The translations under genes were made by a program, and so were the position numbers. From Felis catus (lineage: Eukaryota), in NCBI RefSeq assembly GCF_018350175.1, contig NC_058369.1, positions 16,740,001-16,804,000 on the forward strand: a stretch of 64,000 bases of DNA, read 5' to 3'. Of this stretch, positions 11,060 to 21,310 are shown piece by piece. Under the pieces are notes generated by a model. The model searched no databases and was not told the DNA's origin. It saw only the letters and a list, made by a program, of their open reading frames with translations. Each line of letters begins with the position of its first letter. The first letter of the stretch is position 1.

Positions 11060-12367
11060 TTAGCCAGCTAGTTAGGTATTAGGAAACTGGTATGAAAAAC
11101 TCACTGATAGCTGAGGCCTGACCTGGAGAAAATAAGAGGAAGCAAACTTTAGGAAGAACAGGGATTCTCACACATGGGCTGATATTCAGATGATTTCTTT
11201 GGGATGGGAGAGGAGAAGGGAGGCCACACCACCTTTACGGTGGAAGGATCAGGAGACTGGAGCACTTACTGGTTTCAGGCCTTGTCACCCTAGGTTACAG
11301 GGTGCTGTTTGTCTTGATTCCCGCATCTATGATACGAGGTCAAGCACATTTATCATGTTTTTTTTTTATTAAACAAGCTTTAGACACATTTAATAAGCAC
11401 AGGGAGGCCTTGACTTAGGCCAGAGAGAAGACTGGGCTTGGTGACAGAGGCCTGGGCTTGAGCCGCATCTTTTACATGCTACGGAGCATTGTGAGGAATG
11501 ATGAATTAATAACCACAGAAATGGCTCTCGGCTTCTCAGACAGTCAGTCCCTCACTGGTATTATAGCAAATCAAGGGTGTCTACCACTTGTAATTAGCAT
11601 ATCTTCAGGTGCAAAGATTTCCTTTTTTTTTTTTAGATGCAAAGATTCCTAAAAACATTTTTAGACTTTTAGATCTCTCCATAGCAAGCCACTAAGGCAA
11701 CAGCTGGTTTAGGAACATATTGGGTTAGGTCAAGGGGAGATTCCAATCTTCACCGTGGGGCCTTCTGATGTAAAGAGACTCTTGTTGGAATTTTACACTG
11801 GCTGCCCTAATCCAGGAGCCAACACACAGCCACGTGCAGAAAAAGTAAGATCAAGCAAGAGGAGGGCTTTGTCCATTCACACATGAAATGCTCTGTGTTT
11901 CTGTGCTCACTGAGACCATGTCCTGCAGGATTTGCTGCACATGAGCTTCTCTCTGACTGTCAAGACTTTCAAAGCTTGGGCAGTTTGCTCTCGGATTCTT
12001 CCCTTAAAGAATGTCTTCATGCTGCCCGTGTAGGTTCACAGATGTTTGCTCAATGAAAACATAGAACTCTCTCAACCTGTCCTAAGCCTGTCATGGGCTT
12101 CAGAAAGGTTGTCAGGACAGTGGTCGGGACACAGGGATGCATACATCTTTCCAGTTCTTTCGAAAAGAGTTTCTCCCACTGGTTTGGTAAGTTGAACAGT
12201 TATCAACTTAAGACATCTTACTTGACCCCCTCCCTGAGGGATCATGTAACAGCAGATCTGATCCCCACAGAGTTTTATGAGTGTGGCCAAATGTCAGCTT
12301 TTCTGTGTCAGACACGAGGATGAAGGCAAACTTATTAACCACACATACAATTAAAAGTGGGAGCTTC

Positions 12368-12590
12368 GGGGCACCTGGGTGGCTCAGTCGGTCAAGTGCC
12401 TGACTTCGGCTCAGGTCATGACCTCACGGTTCATGAGTTCGAGCCCCACGTCGGGCTCTGTGCTGACAGCTCGGAGCCTGGAGCCTGCTTTGGATTCTGT
12501 GTCTCCCTCTCTCTCTGCTCCTCCCCTGCTCACGTTCTGTCTCAATCTCTCTCTCAAAAAAAAATAAACATTAAAAAAAATTAAAACAAA
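12368..12590 (+). mobile_element. CAN-SINE
   Basis: TSD AAGTGGGAGCTTC. Confidence 0.92.
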
Positions 12591-12787
12591 AACAAGTGGG
12601 AGCTTCAGGAGTTTCCTTATCAAAAGTGACTCAAGGGGAGTGGTTTGGACTTGTTGGAAGTCTGGACTCCATCTGAACTTTTATCAATTCTGTCTTGGTC
12701 CTTAAAGGCTGTTTGGAAACAGGGTCCCACCGCAGCAAGGTGGGACAGAGAGGACCAAGCTGGTGAAAGCAAGCACATCCCACTTAC

Positions 12788-12880
12788 TTTGTTGTCATCT
12801 CCGTATTTGATCATTTCGTGAGCAAAGTCATCGGTGGGTTTGACACGGACAAAGGTATGAACTTTTTTCCTAGTACCCAT
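12788..12880 (-). CDS. KIF9: KIF9 first coding exon (MGTRKKVHTFVRVKPTDDFAHEMIKYGDDNK)
   Basis: ATG at 12880; 93 nt; kinesin N-terminal VRVKP motif; donor GTAAGT at 12787; polypyrimidine acceptor TTTTCTTCTTTTTAG 5 nt upstream of the ATG; matches recalled human KIF9 N-terminus. Confidence 0.96.
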
Positions 12881-14717
12881 TCTAGCTAAAAAGAAGAAAA
12901 CAGTGCAGCTTTCAGTAGTTATCATCAAGTGGCAATGCATTAAGAAGATCAGAATGGAGTGACTGACACTCGGTCTGTGTTCTTCTGTCCCAATGAGACC
13001 CAGTCTTCCTTTTCACCCCTTCGCGTGTCAGTGCTCTACCCACAGGACCCGCTGTTCAACAAGTACAGGCGCTTCCTACTTTACAGGCTGCCTCACTATT
13101 TTCCACCATGGCCCCCTAAGAGACAGAAACACGAAGCAAGAAGAACGCTCCCTTTAGTGGCCTAATCTTAGATGTGTTTCCTAAAAATGGTCTGTACCTA
13201 AAAATGTCCGCTTATGCTTTGCCTCATTCATTATGCTTTCATCTAAAATACTTACTATGAAATGCATTTAAACTTAATTTTCTTGTCTTCACGAACATAT
13301 GTTATTTCAGATGCAGCAGCCCCTCCTTTACCTCCGTTTGACCAGCTTAGATCAGAAAATGATTCCCTAGAAGTGTATTTAATCAGTCCACGATCAGATA
13401 CTCTTTCTTTTCTGACAGTCCATTGAGAAAAAATCAAACAGCCCTCTACCTCCTCGTCTTCTCGTCAACCTAACTAGAGTTTCATCATTTTCTTTCAGGT
13501 AGATCCACTTAATCTGTATTCCTTTATTTATACTACCACAGATAATTACCGTGTATAACAAAATGTCAAAATAAATGCTTGGTGTGGCTTCATGGAATAG
13601 GATGTAAGCATATAGGTGTATGTGTTTAGGGAGGGAGATTTAGGTAAATGACCTTCCTACTATGTAGAGCTGTCCTATAATGGAAAAGACTCAAGCAAGG
13701 TCAAGATGCCAGCTAACAGAGATGTTGCTAGCAGGGACCGTTGCACTGAGGGGAGAGTTAATTAATTTCTAAGATCCTGTCCAACTGAAGTATTTTATTA
13801 AAATTTTAAAAAATTGATTGCACAATCAAATGATAACCAGGAAATCTCGTATTTTATTGGCTATTAGTCTCATTGGTGAAATCACACTAGGCCCTTTCCT
13901 GAGAGTGCCTGTGTAAAAATATTGAATACTAATCAGACAGTAAATTTTGGTTCCAACATTGACATAGAGTGGAAAAGCAAAGAGGGTTATTAAACAGAAG
14001 TAACAATTGTGCTATTTTTATTGCTTTAAGGGGAACTTAAAACTTAGTTCTTCAAAAAATAAAAATAAAAAACAAAACTTAGTTCTTTAGGTGCCTCTTA
14101 TACCCTGATGACAAAGGATTAAATATTGAGAGAAAATGTCAAAAGCTCTAAGGAAAGCTAAGGAAAAATCAACCTGTAATCATCATCAATACATTTAACC
14201 TAGTTAAGTAATACCACTAAACAAGATGAAAGTCTATGAAAATATACTAAACTTCGTTATTTGAAACTATTAGGGAAATTAACATAATACAATTTTAATT
14301 TGTTCAAAGGGGAAACATTTCTAATTTTACATATACGTTTTCCTAATATCAACCTAATATTTTTTCTTTCCTTCTTTTTCAAATGATGTGAACAGTATCA
14401 TCAAGTGGTCTATGGTCATGCAGTCCGAACATTGGGCTCTCACATTTCAATAATTTCACTTTTACGGAACTATGAATATACAGAAAGAATGTTAAAAACT
14501 CATTTAGCGTTAATGTTCCAAATGTACCAAACATATTTGGAATAGGGACAAGGCCTGAGGGTCAGGATGTATGCTGCTTGGTACACTTCTCTTCTGACCT
14601 TCCTATTGGGGTTGAATCAGTTCAATAAGAGATGAGGCATTTGGTGCTAAAATAACTTGCATCTTCATAGGGCAGGAAAGAGGAATTAAGGCCAAAGAAA
14701 TCACCTGTATGCTTTTG

Positions 14718-14719
<2 letters not shown>

Positions 14720-14754
<35 letters not shown>

Positions 14755-14756
14755 CC
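14720..14756. repeat. (AAC)n microsatellite
   Basis: About 12 units. Confidence 0.9.
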
Positions 14757-15039
14757 AGCAAAGGAATTTGTTGAATTTAGGAAGAGTTAGGGAAACATGA
14801 GACATAGGGAGCTGATTCAATTTCATATTCAAATTGGAAAAGAGCAATAACACAGTTATTAAGGAAAAATAGCTTGTTTGAACTACTGCAAAGCACTCTA
14901 ATAAACTGCTATGATGCTTAATATTTTTAAAAAACGAAATGTTAAGACCTGTACTGTAAAGAAAAAAATCATGCATGACAGGGATTTCTTCTCTGAAATA
15001 CAGTTAATTATTTCACTTTTTTTAAAAAAAGCACTTTAA

Positions 15040-15250
15040 GGGGCATCTGGGTGGCTCAGTCAGTTAAGCGGCCAACTTCAGCTCAGGTCATGATCTCATG
15101 GTTCGTGGGTTTGAGCCCCGCATCGGGCTCTGAGCTGACAGCTGGAGCCTGGAGCTTGCATTGGATTCTCTGTCTCCCTCTCTCTCTTCCCGTCCCCTGC
15201 TCATGCTCTGTCTCTCATTCTCTCAATAAATAAATATTAAAAAAAAAATT
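15040..15250 (+). mobile_element. CAN-SINE
   Basis: Head, (CT)n, A tail. Confidence 0.9.
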
Positions 15251-16080
15251 AAAGCACATTAAATAAAGAATATTAACATTTTCCCTATATTATCTAAGAC
15301 AGGCTCACTGAATGTTACCTGATAGATTTTGAGGATATTAAACATATTTCTAGACACAACTTGCAATGACCGGTAGATTTCCTATTACAATTATATTAAC
15401 TATCATCAGTGGCGTGAAATATCTCTATAGAAGTAAATTAAATAGAGACAGGTCCTGCCCTTTCAGTCTACAGTTTCAATGATGTAGACAAACGAAACTC
15501 TAACCCCTGTTACAAGCCCTTCAGATGTAAAATCAAATAAGCAAACATGACACTTTCACATCTGCCAACTGGAGAACTGTGTGTCCGCTTGCTACATTCC
15601 TCAAGTAATTAGTTCATGGAAGTCTTTTCCCAGCCACTATGGGACCATTCAGACCTTTCAATTTTTAGAAAACGAAGCTGAAAAGTATTCAGGTGATCAA
15701 GGATGATGGCTTATCCAATTTCAGTCCTAAAATTTTTGTCTACAACATTGAGGTCGAGCTATAAAGAGCCACAAATAGCTTGAAGGTCAATAGCTCTGGG
15801 TCTGAGGACCCAGCCTCCTGGCCAGGGTGCCCTCTAAAAGGAACCAGCCTAGGTGGCAGGTGCCCAGGCCTCCCTCCTGGAAGCCTCCACCCACCAAGCA
15901 CAGGAACAGCACGGACAGCCTGAGCATCGCCCTTCCCTCAGAGTGGGGCCTGTAATTTGCCAACATGCACATGCACATGCAGCTCCCCTATCCTCCCCAG
16001 ACCCTCCCCGTGCTCACATCCATAGCTTCAAGTATGCCAGGAGTCATACCCACCTAAGACAAGCTTTCTCTATTTTAAGA

Positions 16081-16187
16081 TTTTTTTTTTTTAATTTTAA
16101 AGTACTCTCTGTACCCAATGTGGGGCTCGAACTCACAACCCCAAGATCAAGAGCTGCATGCTCTACCCACTGAGCCAGCCAGGCGCT
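16081..16187 (-). mobile_element. Short CAN-SINE
   Basis: tRNA-like head only; flanking near-repeat CAAGCTTT.TCTATT. Confidence 0.8.
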
Positions 16188-17534
16188 CTGCAAGCTTTTT
16201 CTATTAACTTAACTCCTTCTATAAGGCTCCTACTCAGCAGCCCCTCAACACCCAGACATTCAGAGACCCCATGCCATCTTGCACTTACTGAAATAACGCT
16301 TGTTACCATTCTTACGCCGCATCATTTGAGTGGGTTTCCGCTCCCAAATTAAATTACAAGTTGCTTGTGGGACAGAACTGTGCTTTCTCTCTTTTGAATC
16401 CCCCCTCAATGTCCAGAACAGTGCCCAGCACAGAACAGGTACTCAAGAAATGGTGGTTGGTAGTGATGGTCATGGCTGGAAGTCAGAGGGTGGCTGGCTG
16501 AATCTCCACATGTGGGTCCATCTTCGGTCACTACTGAGAGAGTCCCAAGGGGCATATGTCACTTCCCTCCCACACCACATCCAGCCCCTGAGCCCACAGC
16601 CCTTCCAGAAGGGCTTAGCTTCCAGGCACCACTTACAACAAGCCATATTCAGCCCCTCACCATGCCCTCTCTTTTAGCAGGGGTTTTCTCCCTCAGGATC
16701 TTATGGGGAATGCTTCTCTCTCATGGGCACCACCCTTAGATATTTCTGGTGTAAATAAATGAACCTCGGAGTGGCCACCAGCAGATCTCCCTGAAGGTTC
16801 GTGGTTTCCTTATTCGTTTTAGTGGTGGGAATGAACAGAATTTGCTACCAAGCGTTTCTGAAAGCTGGATTAAAGAAGAGGAAGCGTCTGCTGGAATGGT
16901 GGGCACCAGGTGAATCCCTACCTTCCAGCGCTCCTGCCCAGACCAGACGCTCTCATATGGAACCCTCATCGTTTTAAAGCGGCGGCAGCACCTGAACCCC
17001 GAAACAACAGGGTCCAAACGCACCCGGCCCTAGGCTAAACCAAAGACTCGATTCCCGACAGACCTGGTCTTCTCCCTTTTCCTCACCCAACATACCGGAC
17101 CCCTGTGTGGAGTGTGGGAGGCAGTGGAACTTGGGACCATTCTTGTCCCTCTTTGGAGCGGCTTCCTCATCCATAAAGCGAAGGGCTCTACCTAGCGATC
17201 CCGAAGCCCCCTCCAGTTCGAAAACTGCCGTGTATGAAAGGGTCCAGCAGACCTCTGGTCCCCCACCTCACGCCCTCTCAACCTCGGCAGAGACGCAGAG
17301 GTCTCGTGGGGCCGGGGAACGTTAGATCCGAAGACCCTAAACTGCAGCCAGCCTGAAAGAGCCCCCACGATGCCGCGCCCCCTCCTCCGCTCGGGTTTCA
17401 CAAATCAGCGAGCCAAGCTGGGGGAGTCTCGGGTAGGGCGGTGTTCCGATCCCAGCCGCTGCCCACCGCCTGGGCGTATACCCCCTCTCGGGCCTCCCTT
17501 CTCCCCATCCGTGCGGCGCGTGGTCGCTGCTCAC

Positions 17535-17640
17535 CGCTCCCGAGGCAGAGGCCCTCCCGCCGCGCGACCGCTGCAGGAGCAGCGACCGCAGCCCTGCATT
17601 CGCGGCTGCAGAACTGTGTACATAGCCGCCATGGCAACGG
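17535..17640 (-). other. KIF9: Putative non-coding first exon of KIF9 (TSS uncertain)
   Basis: The first coding exon has an acceptor just before its ATG, so an upstream exon is required; good minus-strand donor GCG|GTGAGC at 17535/17534 inside the CpG island; other donor-like sites exist near 17020-17270. Confidence 0.45.
17625..17638. promoter_or_regulatory. RFX X-box-like element GCCGCCATGGCAAC
   Basis: Minus strand reads GTTGCC-AT-GGCGGC: one perfect half-site with canonical 2-nt spacer; KIF9 is a motile-cilia/flagellar kinesin. Confidence 0.6.
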
Positions 17641-17656
17641 ACCGTTTCCGCAGATT

Positions 17657-17684
17657 CCGGAAGTGTCGGGTAGTGGCGGAAGTG
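17657..17684 (+). promoter_or_regulatory. Tandem ETS/GABPA sites (CCGGAAGTG, GCGGAAGTG)
   Basis: Two consensus ETS motifs at 17657 and 17676; typical of bidirectional promoters. Confidence 0.65.
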
Positions 17685-17972
17685 AAGTCCGCGGCCCTGG
17701 GTGGAGACACGAGTAAGGTCAGGGCCGGATCGGAAAGGCGGGAGATGGGACAGGTTAATCCAGAAAGACTGCGGCAACGGCAGGCGCGACAGCACGGTCG
17801 GGAAAGCGAGGGAAAGAAGGCTGCGCTCGCACCAGGAAGCGGGGCAGCGGAGCTTCCGGCGCAGAGCAGCCGAGACTACGGCGGCCGTGCAGGTCCGTCT
17901 GCTTCTGGCCGTGTGCTCGCGGCGGCAGTCCGCCCCGCCCCGTTTGGTTTCTAGCCGGCCGCCCAGGCCTGC

Positions 17973-18104
17973 NNNNNNNNNNNNNNNNNNNNNNNNNNNN
18001 NNNNNNNNNNNNNNNNNNNNNNNNNNNNNNNNNNNNNNNNNNNNNNNNNNNNNNNNNNNNNNNNNNNNNNNNNNNNNNNNNNNNNNNNNNNNNNNNNNNN
18101 NNNN
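17973..18104. other. N-run (132 nt) covering the KLHL18 start
   Basis: Seen directly; other N-runs at 18956-19214, 22506-22660, about 48805-49076 and 58035-58166. Confidence 0.98.
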
Positions 18105-18123
18105 GTGCGACGTGACGCTCAAG
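17995..18123 (+). CDS. KLHL18: KLHL18 coding exon 1 (mostly in N-run; visible ...CDVTLK)
   Basis: TGC GAC GTG ACG CTC AAG|GTACCG at 18106-18123 is the start of the BTB domain; start 17995 is inferred from the recalled 43-codon human exon and is not visible. Confidence 0.8.
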
Positions 18124-19289
18124 GTACCGAGGGCTGGGCAGCGCGAGGCTGAGGGATAAGGAATCGAGTGGGGAGGAAAGAAGGGCGGGGGTAGGGGAAG
18201 AGAGGTCTAGCGGGCAGAGCGGTGGGGCAAGGAGGTTGGAGACCGAGTAGGGGAGAGAGAGGTGCCGAGTGGGAGAGGGGATTGGGGCTGAGTGGGGAGA
18301 CGGACAGGAACAGCCTCTTAGCCCTTGGAAGGAAAGGCTAAGAGGTGCGCGACTGAGGCCCTCGGCGTGGGAGACATTGGGGTGCCGCCTCCCTTTTCTG
18401 TCAGATAGGAGAAAATGGACTTGCAGCCCCTCTTTGGAGGAGGGGGCGGTGGCCGCCTCCACATTCTGATGGGCACCAGTGAAGCACCTTCTCTTGTCAC
18501 CATAGACATTTCTTTGTGCCCCTCGAAGTTAGCTGTGCTGTTGTAGAGGCGCAGGCTACACCTTAGGAGTCATTGCTTGCCCTTGGTCGTTAGATTACTA
18601 CCTTGTTTCCTAGGAGCTTTTAAAATCATATCTGGACATCTTTTGAGGTGGGCATCTACTCTGCCCCCCCCCCCACCCCATACTGGAAGGCACACCACCA
18701 CTACCACCTCCACAAGGGTCTCTGAGGATGGACTGGGTCTGCGTGGGGAGAGGGATCTCTTAACCACCTGTTTCCTACCGGTATTCTGGCAGCAAGAGCC
18801 AGCCTTCCTCCTGTGCTTTGCATCCATTCCCGCTGGGGAGGCATGCTGGGCTGCTCCTTGGCCAGATTCCTGAGCCCTCAGGAGCCCTCCAGGTTGAGAG
18901 AGATTGCTGTGAACTGTGTTCCCTGTTGGGCTTTGACTTGAGGCTCTGAGCATCTNNNNNNNNNNNNNNNNNNNNNNNNNNNNNNNNNNNNNNNNNNNNN
19001 NNNNNNNNNNNNNNNNNNNNNNNNNNNNNNNNNNNNNNNNNNNNNNNNNNNNNNNNNNNNNNNNNNNNNNNNNNNNNNNNNNNNNNNNNNNNNNNNNNNN
19101 NNNNNNNNNNNNNNNNNNNNNNNNNNNNNNNNNNNNNNNNNNNNNNNNNNNNNNNNNNNNNNNNNNNNNNNNNNNNNNNNNNNNNNNNNNNNNNNNNNNN
19201 NNNNNNNNNNNNNNCATTTTCTGCAGAATTAAGGAAACTTTTTTTCTTCCCATACTTGAGTCAGACCTCTGGAGACATGAGAGTAGATT

Positions 19290-19460
19290 TAAGAGTGTGG
19301 AGATAGAAGGATTTGGATTAGAATCCTAGTCGTAACCTTGGGCAAGTTACTTAATGTCTCTAAACATCAGTGTTCCAAATGTAAAAATAGGGATGCCTTC
19401 TTATTAGTGTGAGAATTAAATGAGACAATTTGTGGTGTTCTTTGCATGAGGCCTGGCCTA
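19290..19460 (+). mobile_element. MIR
   Basis: ACCTTGGGCAAGTTACTTAA...GTAAAAATAGGGAT...AATTAAATGAGA core. Confidence 0.65.
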
Positions 19461-20379
19461 CGTTTTCATCCCTTGAGGGGGCTCAGTTTTCCAGGAGAGG
19501 CATGAGGTGGCCTGAGAGGGAAAAGGATCTTTAGTGGGGAACCAAGGGGTTTGAGAAAAATGAGCTGGACTAAAGGAGTCAGAGGAAGTAAATATAAATG
19601 AGGCGGTTACATGTAGATGTCGCGGCTACTAGAGGTTTGTAAGCACAAGAATGATCTGGTTGTGGCGGTGACACTTAGGGTGAGTAGAGACTGGTAAAAA
19701 GCAGTAATAGGGGAGGGTTTTTGGATTAAGATTTAGGCTGTAAGGGTGAGCCATGGAAAGCCTGTGAGAGAGAAGCAAAAGCGTATGATACAGGGGGATG
19801 ATTACAGATATTTCTACATAAAATAAAGCAGTGCAGTTTGCCTCTGCATGTAATGCAAACACAGAATATAACAAGCCTTTGGCATAACAATGCTCGTATG
19901 ATTTTTTTCCATTAAAATGCTATTTATTCATTCAAAGAGACAAGATAATTACCAGAGGTAGTTCCAACCCAGAGTGTCCGTCTAAATTGCTGTGTTAGTT
20001 TCGAGCATCCGGCACATAAGGATAAAGTATAAAGGCACAGAGTAGAACTGAACAGGACCTAGAGAGTGTTTGCTTCACTGGTTTTCTAACTCTTCTGTAC
20101 AGCCTGAGGAGTAGCTCAGTGGCAATGTGAGGTCGGAGGCCAGGGAGAGGTCATACAAACCAGGCTCTCTCTCATTTCTCTCCCCTTCACTAAAGCTGCT
20201 CTGTGAAATCTGTTTTGGTTTCTCTCTCTCTCTGTCTCTCTCTCTCTTCCTCAAGATAGAGTCTTTCCTGAAACTTCTGATGTTTCCTGACTATCTTCCA
20301 AATAAATGGGTACTGAAAAGCTGGTTGGAAGCATTTTGGTGTGGGATGGGTTTATTGACTAGTGGTCCTCCTTATAGGG

Positions 20380-20560
20380 CAGTGCTTCTCAATCTTTAGC
20401 AGGTATTATAATCACTCGGTGCCCTGTTCACACACTGGTTGTTGGACCTCACCCCAGAATTTTTTATTCAATTCATCTGGCATGGGCCCAAGAATTTACA
20501 TTTCTGACAAATTCTCCAGTGATGCTACTGCTGGCCTGGAGCTGCATTCTGAGAGCCAAA
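20380..20560. mobile_element. MER5A (hAT-Charlie)
   Basis: CAGTGCTTCTCAA...GGGCCCAAGAATTTACATTTCTGACAAATTCTCCAGTGATGCT. Confidence 0.7.
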
Positions 20561-21099
20561 ACTGTAGGGTGATGGACCTGACCTTTTCAATGCGATGTGT
20601 TCAGAGTCCATGGATCTTCATTCAGGCTTCTGCCTGAGTGGAATAACCTTGGCTGTTACCGTTCGAGGAGCCTTGTGATGGGAGGGGACTGGGGGCTCTT
20701 GCTTCTATGTGCAGACTTTCACTTAGTCCCCTGAATGGTGCCACTTCCTCGTCTTCAGTGGTTCCCTGGCTGCCCAAGTTTGGAGTCTAGTTCGTCCTGT
20801 CCAGATGATAAACCTCCAGCGTTTATCCAGCAACGGAACAGTTGCTTGCCTAGTGGAGGGGAGCAGTACTGTCTGATTGCAGCCTCCCTTATCCCCACAC
20901 CTTCAGAGGAAGCCTGAGTCTCCAACAGTTGAGTTTTGGAGGGGGCTCTGCAGGGACTTGCCATCTGTAGCACTCAGTATTCTCCATCTAAATCAGCTAC
21001 TACTCATCTTCCAAAATTTGGTGATTTTTAATATCCTCTTTCTTTCAGCTTCTTTTTCCTTGGGAGCTTTGCTGTTTCTTGATTGTCAGTCAGTCTGAG

Positions 21100-21310
21100 A
21101 GGTAGTATATAGTACAGACTCAAGCCAGACTGCCTGGGTTTGAACCCTGGCTCTGCCAGTTATTAGCTGTGACAACTTGGGCAAGTTTCTTAAACACTGG
21201 TGACTCAGTTCCTTCATCTTTAAAATGGGTGTCATCACCTACCTAGTAAGTGTGTTAGGGATTCCATTAGTTAATGCACTTAAAACAATCATGTAGTAAA
21301 TGTTCAGTAA
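21100..21310 (+). mobile_element. MIR
   Basis: AGCCAGACTGCCTGGGTTTGAACCCTGGCTCTGCC...TTGGGCAAGTTTCTTAA. Confidence 0.8.

Larger units (their letters stand above)
17000..18460. promoter_or_regulatory. CpG island / bidirectional promoter of KIF9 and KLHL18
   Basis: High GC and dense CpG against CpG-depleted flanks; lies between two divergent genes; GC box CCGCCCCGCCC near 17930-17940. Confidence 0.9.

Noticed and set aside
12034-12186. Plus-strand exon-like 153-nt open segment (TAG|...|GTAAGT) antisense to KIF9
   Set aside because: No recognisable protein, no partner exons, and an open frame of this length is compatible with chance
12881-12940. Upstream in-frame ATGs extending the KIF9 N-terminus in the ORF track
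   Set aside because: They lie in intron sequence upstream of a strong acceptor
13200-15800. AT-rich, repeat-poor stretch of KIF9 intron 1 examined as a possible decayed nested gene
   Set aside because: Hand translation of several frames gave no recognisable homology; a TBLASTX search would be needed
17337-18462. Long ORFs (152-261 aa) on both strands of the CpG island
   Set aside because: Explained by stop-codon scarcity in GC-rich DNA and read-through of N-runs; no recognisable domains apart from the KLHL18 CDVTLK fragment
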